Assembly: GCA_934129785.1 (NCBI GenBank)
Contig: CAKOWW010000007.1
Span: 7,373-71,372, forward strand
Length of the DNA: 64,000 nucleotides
Reading direction: 5' to 3'
Source: an uncultured Clostridia bacterium
GTDB taxonomy: Bacteria > Bacillota > Clostridia > TANB77 > CAG-508
In this document: piece by piece, positions 9,850 to 18,689 of the stretch
How the letters are laid out: each line of letters opens with the position of its first letter
How positions within the stretch are numbered: position 1 is the first letter of the stretch
Made by a program: the position numbers and the translations under genes
The notes under the pieces: generated by a model
Told to the model about the DNA's origin: nothing
The model's database searches: none
The model's input: only the letters and a program-made list of their open reading frames with translations

Positions 9850-11097
9850 ATGTATGATGAAGATATAGAAAAAACAGTGCTTTATTACTTGATTTTTGAA
9901 AAAGAAGCAATAGTTGTAGATGAAGAAGATTTCTTTTTACCGAAGCATAAACAAATAATTAACGCAATATTAGAACTACAAAATAAAAAAGAAGAAATCA
10001 ATATTTTGAGCATAAAAGAGAAAATAAAGGGTAAAGATACAGATATTTTAAGATACATAAGCAATATAGCTGAATGCAAATATGGAAGTTCAATACAATA
10101 TGCTTATAGAGAATTAAAGAGATTAAGCAAAAAAAGAAAGTTAATAAAGCTAAGCAATGAGATAAAAGAAAATGCAGAAAATGAAAGAGAAACAGAAATA
10201 TACATAGAAAAAGTAATTAAACAGCTTAATGACATAAATCAAGAGACAGAAAAGGAAAAGACGTTTTTAGATATAGTTTGCGAAACATCAGATATAATTG
10301 AAAAAAAGAGAATACAGGGAACAAAATATGATTATAAATATTTCACAGGAATATTTGATTTAGATAAAACCACAAATGGTTTACATGAAGAAGAACTAAC
10401 GATAATTGGAGCTAGACCAGGTGTGGGAAAAACAACATTTGCATTACAAATTGCACAGCATATAGCAGAAAAAGGAACAGCGGTAGGAATAGTTAGTTTA
10501 GAAATGTCAGAAACTCAAATAGTACAAAAACTAATATCTAAAGTTTCAAATATAGATAGCAATAAGCTAAGAACAGGAAATTTAAATCAATTAGAACAAG
10601 AAAAGGTGGCAATGGCAGAAGGGAAAATATCAGATTTACCGTTTTTTATAAATACGAGAATTAGGAATATACAAGAAATAGAAAATTATGCAAGAAGATT
10701 AAAAAATAAAAACAATTTAGGATTACTAGTAATTGACTATATTCAATTAGTGAAAAGTAAAAATAAGTTTAACAGTAGAGAACAAGAAGTTGCAGAAATA
10801 TCAAGAACATTAAAATTATTAAGTTTAGAATTAAAAATTCCGATCATAGGGCTATGCCAATTAAACAGAAATGCAGCGAAAACTGAACCGACTTTGGCAG
10901 ATCTAAGAGAAAGCGGGGCAATTGAACAAGATGCTGACAATGTAATTTTTATATATAAAGAAAACGATAATGAAGAAGAAAAGACAGTAGAAAATGTAGT
11001 AATAGATTTACAAAAGCAAAGAGCAGGAGGATTAACAAAAGTAACAGTTAGATTTGATAAAAAAGTAAGCGAATTTAGAAATCTTATTAGGAGGTAA
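9850..11097 (+). CDS. DnaB-family replicative DNA helicase
   Basis: Walker A GARPGVGKT, Walker B LLVIDYIQL, LRESGAIEQDAD motif. Confidence 0.9.
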   Translation: MYDEDIEKTVLYYLIFEKEAIVVDEEDFFLPKHKQIINAILELQNKKEEINILSIKEKIKGKDTDILRYISNIAECKYGSSIQYAYRELKRLSKKRKLIKLSNEIKENAENERETEIYIEKVIKQLNDINQETEKEKTFLDIVCETSDIIEKKRIQGTKYDYKYFTGIFDLDKTTNGLHEEELTIIGARPGVGKTTFALQIAQHIAEKGTAVGIVSLEMSETQIVQKLISKVSNIDSNKLRTGNLNQLEQEKVAMAEGKISDLPFFINTRIRNIQEIENYARRLKNKNNLGLLVIDYIQLVKSKNKFNSREQEVAEISRTLKLLSLELKIPIIGLCQLNRNAAKTEPTLADLRESGAIEQDADNVIFIYKENDNEEEKTVENVVIDLQKQRAGGLTKVTVRFDKKVSEFRNLIRR

Positions 11098-11100
11098 CAA

Positions 11101-11241
11101 ATGAAAAAAGTAATAAATGAAGAAGATATAAGAAAATCAAATGATTTAGAAAGATGCAGATTATTAATTGCAATAATAAAACGGACAAGCAGTATATACA
11201 CAAGATATAAAAACTCATTAAAAGGAGGAGTTTATGAATAA
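11101..11241 (+). CDS. small hypothetical protein; contains in-frame CGG at 11182 (would end at 11221 if +1 shifted)
   Basis: AGGAGG RBS. Both frames terminate soon after the CGG, so the frame cannot be decided. Confidence 0.5.
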   Translation: MKKVINEEDIRKSNDLERCRLLIAIIKRTSSIYTRYKNSLKGGVYE

Positions 11242-11539
11242 TATAACGAGAGAAACAAGAAAAGAAAGTTTTGAAAAAATACAATTAAAAAGGAAATGTA
11301 AACTAATATATGAACAGCTAGGAAGCGGAGAATATACAGCGAGAGAATTAGCAATAAAAATGTACAATACAACTGATGAAAATGGAAATAGATTATTAAG
11401 AACCGCAGAAAGACAAGAAACAGCTCCAAGGTTAACAGAATTAGTAAAATTAGGGCTAGTTGAAACAGAAAATAAAAAATATGATGAAATAAGTGATTGC
11501 AATGTAGCAGTTTATAAAAGAAAGGAACGGAACAAATGA
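11234..11539 (+). CDS. hypothetical winged-helix-like protein; in-frame CGG at 11528 three codons before the stop
   Basis: AAAGGAGGAG RBS. Segment YTARELAIKMY...RLTELVKLGLVE resembles MarR/wHTH folds (weak). Confidence 0.6.
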   Translation: MNNITRETRKESFEKIQLKRKCKLIYEQLGSGEYTARELAIKMYNTTDENGNRLLRTAERQETAPRLTELVKLGLVETENKKYDEISDCNVAVYKRKERNK

Positions 11540-11766
11540 AAGAGGATAAAAGAATAAAATATGTGATTATCATATTTGTAAGTATTGTATATGTAGTAGG
11601 AATAATATTAGGAACAATACTAGGAATGATGATAGCATATGACAAAGATAAAGAATTGATAAATAATCAATATATAGAATTAGATAATTCAAGAGAAGTA
11701 ATAGACAAGTTAACACAAGAAAATAATAAACTAGAAACAATATTAAATAATTATACAATAGAGTAG
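11536..11766 (+). CDS. small membrane protein (76 aa)
   Basis: N-terminal TM helix (YVIIIFVSIVYVVGIILGTILGMMIAY) followed by a coiled coil. Confidence 0.6.
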   Translation: MKEDKRIKYVIIIFVSIVYVVGIILGTILGMMIAYDKDKELINNQYIELDNSREVIDKLTQENNKLETILNNYTIE

Positions 11767-11785
11767 AAAAAAGGAGATAATTCGC

Positions 11786-12169
11786 ATGAACAATAAAATT
11801 GAAGTAAATGAATATGTAAGAACAGATAAAGGAAAAATAACAAAAATAATTGGAATAGATGAGTTTATAGATAGCACAACTTTTTATGAAACAGAAGATA
11901 ATCCAGGATATATGGATTTATGCAATAAAAACATAGTAAAACACAGCAAACAACTAATAAATGTACTTGAAAAAGGAGACATAATTATTACTAAAGATAA
12001 AAAAGTATATAAATTTTATGACATTAAAAAAGAAAAAATTTATTGCGAAGATTCTCTAGCTGATGATACTTTAATTAGAATAAACATAGATGAAGTATCA
12101 ATGATATTAACAAAAGAACAGCTGAAGGCTAATTGCTATAAAGTGGGAGGAGAAGATGAACAAATATAA
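11786..12169 (+). CDS. hypothetical phage protein (127 aa)
   Basis: AAGGAG RBS. No motif recognised. Confidence 0.6.
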   Translation: MNNKIEVNEYVRTDKGKITKIIGIDEFIDSTTFYETEDNPGYMDLCNKNIVKHSKQLINVLEKGDIIITKDKKVYKFYDIKKEKIYCEDSLADDTLIRINIDEVSMILTKEQLKANCYKVGGEDEQI

Positions 12170-12479
12170 AAAAGTATCTAAAGAAGAGGTTCTTGAAATG
12201 TTTTATGATTTACAAACTAAATTTTGGAAAGCAGGGTGTTGGGTAGACGGAATTTCAGTTCAGTTTTTAGCTCATAGAATGAAAACATCTATATATCAGA
12301 TAAGAAAAGCCTATAAACAATTAGCAGAAGAAGGATATTTAAAATTAGAGAAGGTTCCAACTGCTTTTGAGGAATATGATAATGGTTTATATTGTGAAGC
12401 TATTCCATATTTATTTTGTAATGTTTATACTTTAACAAATAAAGCCAAGAACAAATTTAAAAAAATAGGAGGAGAATAG
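12156..12479 (+). CDS. hypothetical phage protein (107 aa)
   Basis: GGGAGGAG RBS. No motif recognised. Confidence 0.6.
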   Translation: MNKYKKVSKEEVLEMFYDLQTKFWKAGCWVDGISVQFLAHRMKTSIYQIRKAYKQLAEEGYLKLEKVPTAFEEYDNGLYCEAIPYLFCNVYTLTNKAKNKFKKIGGE

Positions 12480-12481
12480 AT

Positions 12482-12670
12482 ATGAATAAAACAATAGAAT
12501 TTGTTGGAGAAATAATATGTATTATAGCAATACTTATATGTATAACAACAATAATAATAGTTAAAGATGAAAGAAAAACACAAATAAAGATATTAGAACA
12601 AAATTTAAATGAGCAAATAGAAGAAAAGCAAGTATATATGAATATGCTCGAAGAAGAGAGGAGTAAATAA
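12482..12670 (+). CDS. small membrane protein (62 aa)
   Basis: AGGAGGAG RBS. N-terminal TM helix. Confidence 0.55.
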   Translation: MNKTIEFVGEIICIIAILICITTIIIVKDERKTQIKILEQNLNEQIEEKQVYMNMLEEERSK

Positions 12671-12673
12671 GAT

Positions 12674-13072
12674 ATGAGTGAAGAAATTATAAAAGTAATA
12701 GATGAATTAGGAAAAAGATTTGGGATAGCAATAGATTGGAGCAATCAAAATATAATTCCATATTTGCAAGAATTATTGAAAAGGTTTATATGTTATCGAA
12801 ATATTACAGCGTGTATATGGACAATAATATCAATAGCAATGACAATAGGCGGAGTTGTAATGTTTAAGTTTTTAAACAAATGGAGAAAAAGCGAGAATTA
12901 TGATAGTGATTATAATAGTGATGATGATACAATAGCTGCAGTTGGATATATATTTTCAATATGCATAATAGCATCAGGAATAGGATTGATACTCGGAAAT
13001 ATGTTTGGGATTGTCAAAAATGTATGTATGCCAGAAATGGTAGTATATGAATACATAAAAAATATTCAATAG
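12674..13072 (+). CDS. membrane protein (132 aa, two TM helices)
   Basis: GAGAGGAG RBS. Hydrophobic segments at about aa 45-65 and 95-118. Confidence 0.6.
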   Translation: MSEEIIKVIDELGKRFGIAIDWSNQNIIPYLQELLKRFICYRNITACIWTIISIAMTIGGVVMFKFLNKWRKSENYDSDYNSDDDTIAAVGYIFSICIIASGIGLILGNMFGIVKNVCMPEMVVYEYIKNIQ

Positions 13073-13088
13073 AGAGGAGTAATACATA

Positions 13089-13364
13089 ATGAAAGAAAAA
13101 ATAAATAAAAGAACAACTAAATATAGTATCGAATATTTAGAATTACAATGTATTGTTAATAATAGAATACATGATTATATTTCAAAGTATCATAATTACC
13201 CTAAATACATAAAATTACCTTTATGGATATTTGAATGCTTGAAACAAACAATGTGTGAAGTAGATTTAAAGATAGATTATAAAACAGAAGAGTTTACATT
13301 CTTTAATTTAAAAGTTTGTGAAACTGTTAGTATAGAAAAAGCAGAAGAAATTGAGGTGTTTTAA
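13089..13364 (+). CDS. hypothetical phage protein (91 aa)
   Basis: GAGGAG RBS. Confidence 0.55.
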   Translation: MKEKINKRTTKYSIEYLELQCIVNNRIHDYISKYHNYPKYIKLPLWIFECLKQTMCEVDLKIDYKTEEFTFFNLKVCETVSIEKAEEIEVF

Positions 13365-13592
13365 GTGAAAGAAAATAGTATAGAAGAAAGAGTTAATATA
13401 TTAAAAATAGAATGTTATATTACAATAAATGACGAGAAAGAGCCAATATTAAATATTGGTACAAGCTTTTCAAATATGGTAGAAAGTGAAGAATTTAAGT
13501 ATTATAATGATGAGTTACATAAAAATATTAAACCAGTTTTAAATGATTTAAAACAAATGTTACTAAACACATTAGAAATGGAGGAAGAATGA
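13365..13592 (+). CDS. hypothetical phage protein (75 aa), GTG start
   Basis: GAGGTG RBS 6 nt upstream. Confidence 0.5.
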   Translation: MKENSIEERVNILKIECYITINDEKEPILNIGTSFSNMVESEEFKYYNDELHKNIKPVLNDLKQMLLNTLEMEEE

Positions 13593-14341
13593 AAAATAGT
13601 ATAGAAGAAGATATGAAAATATTAAAAGGAATAATAAAAGGAGATGAAGATTGTATTAATGCAATATACAGTCAAATGAAAGTAAAAAATGACAATGATG
13701 AAGATATACAATATTATAAAAAAGAAATACAAAGCATTAAAAATATAGTAGATAATTATTTAAAAGAAAAAGCAAGAGCAGATAAATTAGAAAAAGAATA
13801 TAGTGTAATGTTGACAGAATCAGATGAAAATGAATGTGATTATAAAAGAGTATTAAAAGAGAATGAACAGCTAAGAAAAGATATAGAAGGCTGGAAAAAA
13901 TACTGTGAAGAAATACAAGAAGAACAAACAGAAATGAGCAACAAAAACTGCAAATTAGAGTTTGAGGTAGAAAAACTACAAAAAGAGAATGAAGAGTTAA
14001 AAGAATATTTAATAACTCAAAATTGTGAAATTAATAGATTAAATTTAGCCAAGATAAGACTTGAGTTGTCACAAGTACCTGACACAACAGAGCAATATAA
14101 ATATTTAAAGAATGAATATAAAATGAGATTGGAAAGAACAGATTTTGAAAATTATAAATCCAATTACATATCAATTCAAAAAGTAAAAGACAAGATAGAA
14201 GAAATATTAAACAATGGAGAATATAGAATAATATTTGAAGGAGATGCAGAATTTCCGGATGACGCAACAATTATTAAAGCACAGAAATATATAAAGCTAG
14301 AAGAAATGCAAGAACTAATAGAAGAAAGAGAGAAAAATTAA
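13589..14341 (+). CDS. coiled-coil phage protein (250 aa)
   Basis: GGAGGAAG RBS. Long heptad-rich Glu/Lys sequence. Confidence 0.6.
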   Translation: MKNSIEEDMKILKGIIKGDEDCINAIYSQMKVKNDNDEDIQYYKKEIQSIKNIVDNYLKEKARADKLEKEYSVMLTESDENECDYKRVLKENEQLRKDIEGWKKYCEEIQEEQTEMSNKNCKLEFEVEKLQKENEELKEYLITQNCEINRLNLAKIRLELSQVPDTTEQYKYLKNEYKMRLERTDFENYKSNYISIQKVKDKIEEILNNGEYRIIFEGDAEFPDDATIIKAQKYIKLEEMQELIEEREKN

Positions 14342-14342
14342 A

Positions 14343-14522
14343 ATGTATGTAATATATGATATGAAAGAAAAGGAACAATGTGTTGCAATATTTAAAACCA
14401 GAAAAGAAGTTGCGAAGTTTTTCAATACAACTGCAAATTCTATTGGAACATCAATAACAAGGAAACATAAACGTAAGCATAGATTTTTAATTGAAAAAAT
14501 AAAAGAAAGAGAGGAAAAATAA
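14343..14522 (+). CDS. small basic protein (59 aa), possible HTH
   Basis: ORF just below the track cutoff. Segment RKEVAKFFNTTANSIGTSITRKHK resembles an HTH. Confidence 0.4.
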   Translation: MYVIYDMKEKEQCVAIFKTRKEVAKFFNTTANSIGTSITRKHKRKHRFLIEKIKEREEK

Positions 14523-14523
14523 A

Positions 14524-14706
14524 ATGTGCGAACATTGTAAATTGTTAAGTGGAGATTGGACAATATTAGCAGAAGATGGCGAAACAGAAATAAAAATAGA
14601 AAGACATAATAAAGAGTACTCTCTAGTAGCAGAGTCATTAACTGACATTGCAGAAACAAGAATAAATTATTGTCCAATGTGTGGAAGAAAATTAAAGGAG
14701 GATTAA
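14524..14706 (+). CDS. zinc-ribbon protein (60 aa)
   Basis: CxxC at the N terminus (CEHC) and CPMCG at the C terminus. Confidence 0.55.
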   Translation: MCEHCKLLSGDWTILAEDGETEIKIERHNKEYSLVAESLTDIAETRINYCPMCGRKLKED

Positions 14707-14707
14707 A

Positions 14708-14962
14708 ATGTTAGGATATTACATAAAAAGTACAATAGTATTTTTAATAATATACTTTGCTTCAAGTAGAGCAATAAGAATATTATTACATAATAGAGAT
14801 GAAATAGATTATAAAAAATATACAAAAAAAGATAGCAAAGGAATGTGGTATATATTTTGTTTTATACCAGTGTTAAGAGTAGTAGTATTGTTAGTAATGT
14901 ATTGGTTAACAATAGCTTCTAAAGAAGATTTAGACAAGTTATTTGATAAAAAGGAGGACTAA
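14708..14962 (+). CDS. small membrane protein (84 aa)
   Basis: AAGGAGG RBS. Two hydrophobic helices. Confidence 0.55.
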   Translation: MLGYYIKSTIVFLIIYFASSRAIRILLHNRDEIDYKKYTKKDSKGMWYIFCFIPVLRVVVLLVMYWLTIASKEDLDKLFDKKED

Positions 14963-14965
14963 CAT

Positions 14966-15388
14966 ATGACAAAAGAACAAGAAGAATCACTTAAAAAAAT
15001 TAAAAGACAAATATCAATAGGAGAATGTGAAAAAAATATTGGAATATCTGTTTTTATATCAGATTTAAAGAATGTTTTATCTATGCTAAAAGAAAAAGAC
15101 ATAGAGTTTATTGAAACTAAAGAAGCAAATAGACAATTAAGCGTTGAACTAGAAAATAAAAACAAACAAATAGAACAATACATGAACATATTAGCAACAA
15201 ATGACATGTTACATGTAAAAGAATGTGAAGAAAAAGATGAGAAAATAGAAAAACTAGAAGAAATAAAAGATGAAGCGATAAGAACATGTTTTTATGAATA
15301 TAACGATGATACAGAAATACTTTGCAGAAAGTTAGCAAAACATGGTTACATAAAGGTAAAAGAACGGAATATATATAAATCCGTTTAA
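14966..15388 (+). CDS. hypothetical coiled-coil protein; in-frame CGG at 15365 seven codons before the stop
   Basis: AAGGAGG RBS. The frame after the CGG is undecidable (0 frame ends 15388, +1 frame ends 15401). Confidence 0.6.
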   Translation: MTKEQEESLKKIKRQISIGECEKNIGISVFISDLKNVLSMLKEKDIEFIETKEANRQLSVELENKNKQIEQYMNILATNDMLHVKECEEKDEKIEKLEEIKDEAIRTCFYEYNDDTEILCRKLAKHGYIKVKERNIYKSV

Positions 15389-15451
15389 AGATGAAGAATA
15401 AGAAGGAATTATAAAAAAATAAAAGAGCATACTACATCTAAGAGGTGTGGT

Positions 15452-15655
15452 ATGCAAGATAAAGAAATAATAACAAAATGGAGACAAGGATTAAGTAAAA
15501 ATCAATTAGCAACAATGTATAAAAGACAATATAATCAAGAAATAAGAATAATAAGAAGCACAGTAAGACACAGACATGATGGAAGATACATAAGCAACTA
15601 TGAAGCATTAGCTTATGTAGAAAAAATAATATATAAATATTTAAAAGAGAGATAA
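15452..15655 (+). CDS. hypothetical basic protein (67 aa)
   Basis: AGAGGTG RBS. Confidence 0.5.
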   Translation: MQDKEIITKWRQGLSKNQLATMYKRQYNQEIRIIRSTVRHRHDGRYISNYEALAYVEKIIYKYLKER

Positions 15656-15684
15656 AGAAATATGAGAAGCGGAGGAAAATACAA

Positions 15685-15942
15685 ATGATTATACATAAAT
15701 GTGATATATGTAAAAGAGAAGTGCCAATTCTAGAAACGATAATTCTATATAAAAAACCAATAGATTATTGTGAAAGATGCAGAAATAGAATAGAAAAGGC
15801 TAAACAAGAATATAAAAGAGAAATAGAATACGAATATTGTTTGTTAGATAGCAGACTAAAATCAAAAGAAAGAAACTTAATAAAAAGTTTAAAACAAGAA
15901 AATAATAAGGGAATTACAAGAAAGGGAGGTACAAATGAATAA
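15685..15942 (+). CDS. zinc-ribbon protein (85 aa)
   Basis: CDICKRE...CERCRNR motif pair. GGAGG RBS. Confidence 0.55.
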   Translation: MIIHKCDICKREVPILETIILYKKPIDYCERCRNRIEKAKQEYKREIEYEYCLLDSRLKSKERNLIKSLKQENNKGITRKGGTNE

Positions 15943-16343
15943 AGAAGACTTAAAAAATTATAAATATAATCAAGAATGGATAAAAGGCAGAGTAGAATAC
16001 ATAGAAGAATATAAAACAAGTATAACAAATATTACATCTGTATTATCTGATATGCCGAAGCGGAAGCAAAGAAGTGCAAGATAGCATGGCAGAGAAAGTA
16101 GCAATATTATTAGATAATGTAAATGAATTATTAGAAAAAGTAGTAATGGAACAGGAAAAACAAAAGAAGATAATAGAACAACTAAATTTAGTAGAGCAGC
16201 CATATAAGTTAATACTGGAAAAGGTATACATACAAGGTAAATCATTAGTAACAGTAGCAAGTGAAATGAATTATAGCTATGAACATATGAAACATATAAA
16301 TGGAATTGCATTAAAAAGGTTTGATAATATTAACACCAAATAG
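15935..16343 (+). CDS. ArpU/DUF1492-type (sigma-70 region-4-like) late transcription regulator, two frames joined at CGG 16061-16063
   Basis: ATG 15935 with an AAAGGGAGG RBS. After the shift the junction reads SDMPK-GSKEVQDSMAEKV and continues in ORF 16074-16343 (PYKLILEKVYIQGKSLVTVASEMNYSYEHMKHINGIALKRF). It lies just upstream of the packaging genes. Confidence 0.75.
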
Positions 16344-16454
16344 CACTGAAAAACACCATGAAAATATGTTATATATATAATCAGAGATAAAAGAAAAGTC
16401 GTAAATAGAAATATCTCATAAGTTCAAGCGACAAGGTCCTTATCTAATAAAATT

Positions 16455-16488
16455 AAGAATAGATGTTTTAAATGTCTATTCTTTTTTT
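16455..16488 (+). terminator. rho-independent terminator after the late regulator gene
   Basis: AAGAATAGA / TCTATTCTT stem followed by T6. Confidence 0.65.
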
Positions 16489-16641
16489 GTTATTGTTATT
16501 ACCAGTATGCTAGGTAACTGATAATATAAAATGGTTGTTATATTTAGCTGAGTATAATTAACCTCCTTTCGAAACTTAGAATACATGATAAAGAACTTTC
16601 CTAGCGAGTTCTAATTTATAAATGAAAAAGAAGGGAAAAAT

Positions 16642-16785
16642 ATGAAAATAAAAGATATTGAAGTTGAGATAAAAACAAATATAGATGAAGAAAAAGAAAA
16701 AATGAAAGAATTAGTAAGTTTACTAGAAAGAGCAAACGAACTAATTCAATCTCTTAATAATATAAAAGTAACAAATTTAGAATAA
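16642..16785 (+). CDS. small acidic coiled-coil protein (47 aa)
   Basis: GAAGGGA RBS. Convergent with, and overlapping by 9 nt, the minus-strand gene 16777-17091. Confidence 0.4.
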   Translation: MKIKDIEVEIKTNIDEEKEKMKELVSLLERANELIQSLNNIKVTNLE

Positions 16786-17091
16786 TTGTTTTTTAACATA
16801 TTCTACACTAGCAGTTTTTTGCATTTCATTCCAACTATTAAATGTAGAATTATTAGAAACATATTTATCTAAATCTGTTTCATTAATATTTTTCAAATCT
16901 TCTTTTGAACTAATAGAAAAACCGCCATGGCCAAAGAAGTCATCAATGTTAGAAAATTTAGTATATGTATTCATAAAAGAAGAATCGAAAATATCAGCAA
17001 ATGTTTTTGACTTAGAATTTAAGTTTTGAACTTTTTTATTTAAATCTTTTTGAAAATTTTCTAAGCCAGATAAATTAATATTCAATGACAT
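16777..17091 (-). CDS. hypothetical protein (104 aa), oriented against the phage transcription direction
   Basis: The internal ATG at 17091 is preceded by GGAGGTGA. The 231-aa track ORF upstream of it is low-complexity hydrophobic antisense sequence. Confidence 0.55.
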   Translation of the reverse strand: MSLNINLSGLENFQKDLNKKVQNLNSKSKTFADIFDSSFMNTYTKFSNIDDFFGHGGFSISSKEDLKNINETDLDKYVSNNSTFNSWNEMQKTASVEYVKKQLF

Positions 17092-17174
17092 TAAATCACC
17101 TCCAGTCGAGATGATTATAACACAAAAATATTGAAAACCAAAAAATGGAAATGATAAAAAAAGAAGGTGTACAT

Positions 17175-17318
17175 ATGAATAATCAAGAAAGAGTAGAGAA
17201 ATACAAAAAAGAACATTGTAAAAGATGTAAAAATAGAGAGAAAGATTTATGCGAAATAAAAGTATTTCAAGAAGATAAAACAATATGTACAAGATGTATA
17301 TATTATGAAAGAAATTAA
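17175..17318 (+). CDS. small Cys-rich protein (47 aa)
   Basis: CKRC...C...CTRC pattern. AAGAAGGTG RBS. Confidence 0.45.
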   Translation: MNNQERVEKYKKEHCKRCKNREKDLCEIKVFQEDKTICTRCIYYERN

Positions 17319-17410
17319 CTATGCTAATTGTATGATAAGAAAATGTGAGCAATGCAGATATTATGAGTATTGCTTCAAATATAAAGTAAAGAAAAAAGGA
17401 GGTAATTATC

Positions 17411-17653
17411 ATGCTAGTAAAAGCAACAGATAAATATGAAAAATTAAACATAAAAGATTTAGAACTAAACAAAATACCAAAGAAGGGTGAAATATTTGAA
17501 GTATCAGAAAAAAGATATAAAATATTAACTAAAGAAAATGAATATCACGAGATATTTGTAGAAAAAGTAGAAGAAGTAAAAGAAATAGAAACAGCAACTA
17601 AAAAAGTAAAGAAAGAAACAGCTGTGAAAAAGAATACAAAGAAAACTAAATAG
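17411..17653 (+). CDS. hypothetical protein (80 aa)
   Basis: AAAGGAGG RBS. Confidence 0.55.
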   Translation: MLVKATDKYEKLNIKDLELNKIPKKGEIFEVSEKRYKILTKENEYHEIFVEKVEEVKEIETATKKVKKETAVKKNTKKTK

Positions 17654-17655
17654 TT

Positions 17656-17974
17656 ATGACATATAGAGATAATCCTGAGATAGAAAAGAAATATAAAAGC
17701 AAAAGATGGCAGAGCTTAAGAAAGCAAAAGTTACTAATGACAAACGGTTTATGTGAAAGATGTTTAAAGAAGCGGAATATATAATTCTGCTGTAATAGTG
17801 CATCATAAAGAATATGTTACTGATTTAAATTATGAAGATGATAATATATTTTTTAATATTGATAACTTAGAATGTTTATGCCAAGACTGTCATAACAAAG
17901 AACATTTTAGCAGTAGCGAAGAAGAATATATATTCGATGAGAATGGAGATGTAGTAAAGAATGAATTTAAATAA
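17656..17974 (+). CDS. HNH endonuclease, two frames joined at CGG 17773-17775
   Basis: The N-terminal part ends ...GLCERCLKK. The +1 frame continues GIYNSAVIVHHKEY...NLECLCQDCHNKEH. Together these give a complete HNH with two Cys pairs. Its position upstream of terS is typical of HK97-like cos phages. Confidence 0.8.
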
Positions 17975-18146
17975 CAAAAAAAGTATAGATATACAATTAA
18001 ATATAGAAGCGGAAGAAACGATAAAAAAATTAGAAAAGATAAAGCAATTATTACAAGATATAATAGAATTAGATGAGACAATGTACAATAAAAATATAAA
18101 TATTATAGACATAAAGATGGAAGTGTATCAACATGTCCAGAAATAG
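17961..18146 (+). CDS. hypothetical protein (61 aa)
   Basis: ORF overlapping the HNH 3' end. GGAGATG RBS-like sequence. Confidence 0.4.
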   Translation: MNLNNKKSIDIQLNIEAEETIKKLEKIKQLLQDIIELDETMYNKNINIIDIKMEVYQHVQK

Positions 18147-18184
18147 AAATTAATATCAAATAAAAGATAATCATAAAAAGTAGC

Positions 18185-18250
18185 AATCCCCCCTGTATCC
18201 ATTCCACACTGTGATAATGGGAGAACGGTGGGTGGGGCTTCGAAAAATAC
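18185..18250. other. GC-rich island, candidate cos/packaging recognition region
   Basis: CCCCCCTGTATCCATTCCACACTGTGATAATGGGAGAACGGTGGGTGGGGCTTCG stands out in AT-rich DNA, between the HNH gene and terS. Confidence 0.4.
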
Positions 18251-18293
18251 ACAAGTCAATCCACGTAAGGGGTGTAGTCAAGGAGGTGTAGAA

Positions 18294-18689
18294 ATGGAAG
18301 AAGAAAAAGGCAATTTGCGTGAAAAGTTGAGTGGTCAGGCACTAATACAAAAAAATAAGGAAATAAAAAAAGAAACTAATAAATTAAAAAAATTATTTAA
18401 AGAATTGCCAGAAAACAAAAAGAAAATGGCAGAAAAATTAATAGAAAATGCTTCTTTTATGTCTATAACGCTTGATGAACTAAAGGAAGATATAAAGGTA
18501 TATGGAGTCAAAGAAACATATGTAAATGGCAAAGACCAGTTTGGATTCAAAGAATCAATTGAAAGTAAAACATATAACGCTATGGTAAAAAACTATATGA
18601 ACATCATGAAACAGCTAAATGACATGTTACCGGAAGAGAAGAAAATAGATGTAGATGATGAATTTGAAAGATTCAATGGTGGAATATGA
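18294..18689 (+). CDS. terminase small subunit (P27 family)
   Basis: ATG 18294 after AAGGAGGTG. Sequence resembles the P27 family (KKLFKELPENKKKMAEKLIENASFMSITLDELKEDI...). Confidence 0.8.
   Translation: MEEEKGNLREKLSGQALIQKNKEIKKETNKLKKLFKELPENKKKMAEKLIENASFMSITLDELKEDIKVYGVKETYVNGKDQFGFKESIESKTYNAMVKNYMNIMKQLNDMLPEEKKIDVDDEFERFNGGI

Noticed and set aside
17305-17433. 42-aa Cys-rich ORF overlapping both neighbours
   Set aside because: It has no clear RBS and overlaps 17175-17318 and 17411-17653. Mentioned only as a possibility.
17092-17472. N-terminal 127 aa of the 231-aa track ORF 16777-17472
   Set aside because: It is hydrophobic low-complexity sequence overlapping plus-strand ORFs. An internal ATG at 17091 with a GGAGGTGA RBS gives a sensible 104-aa protein.
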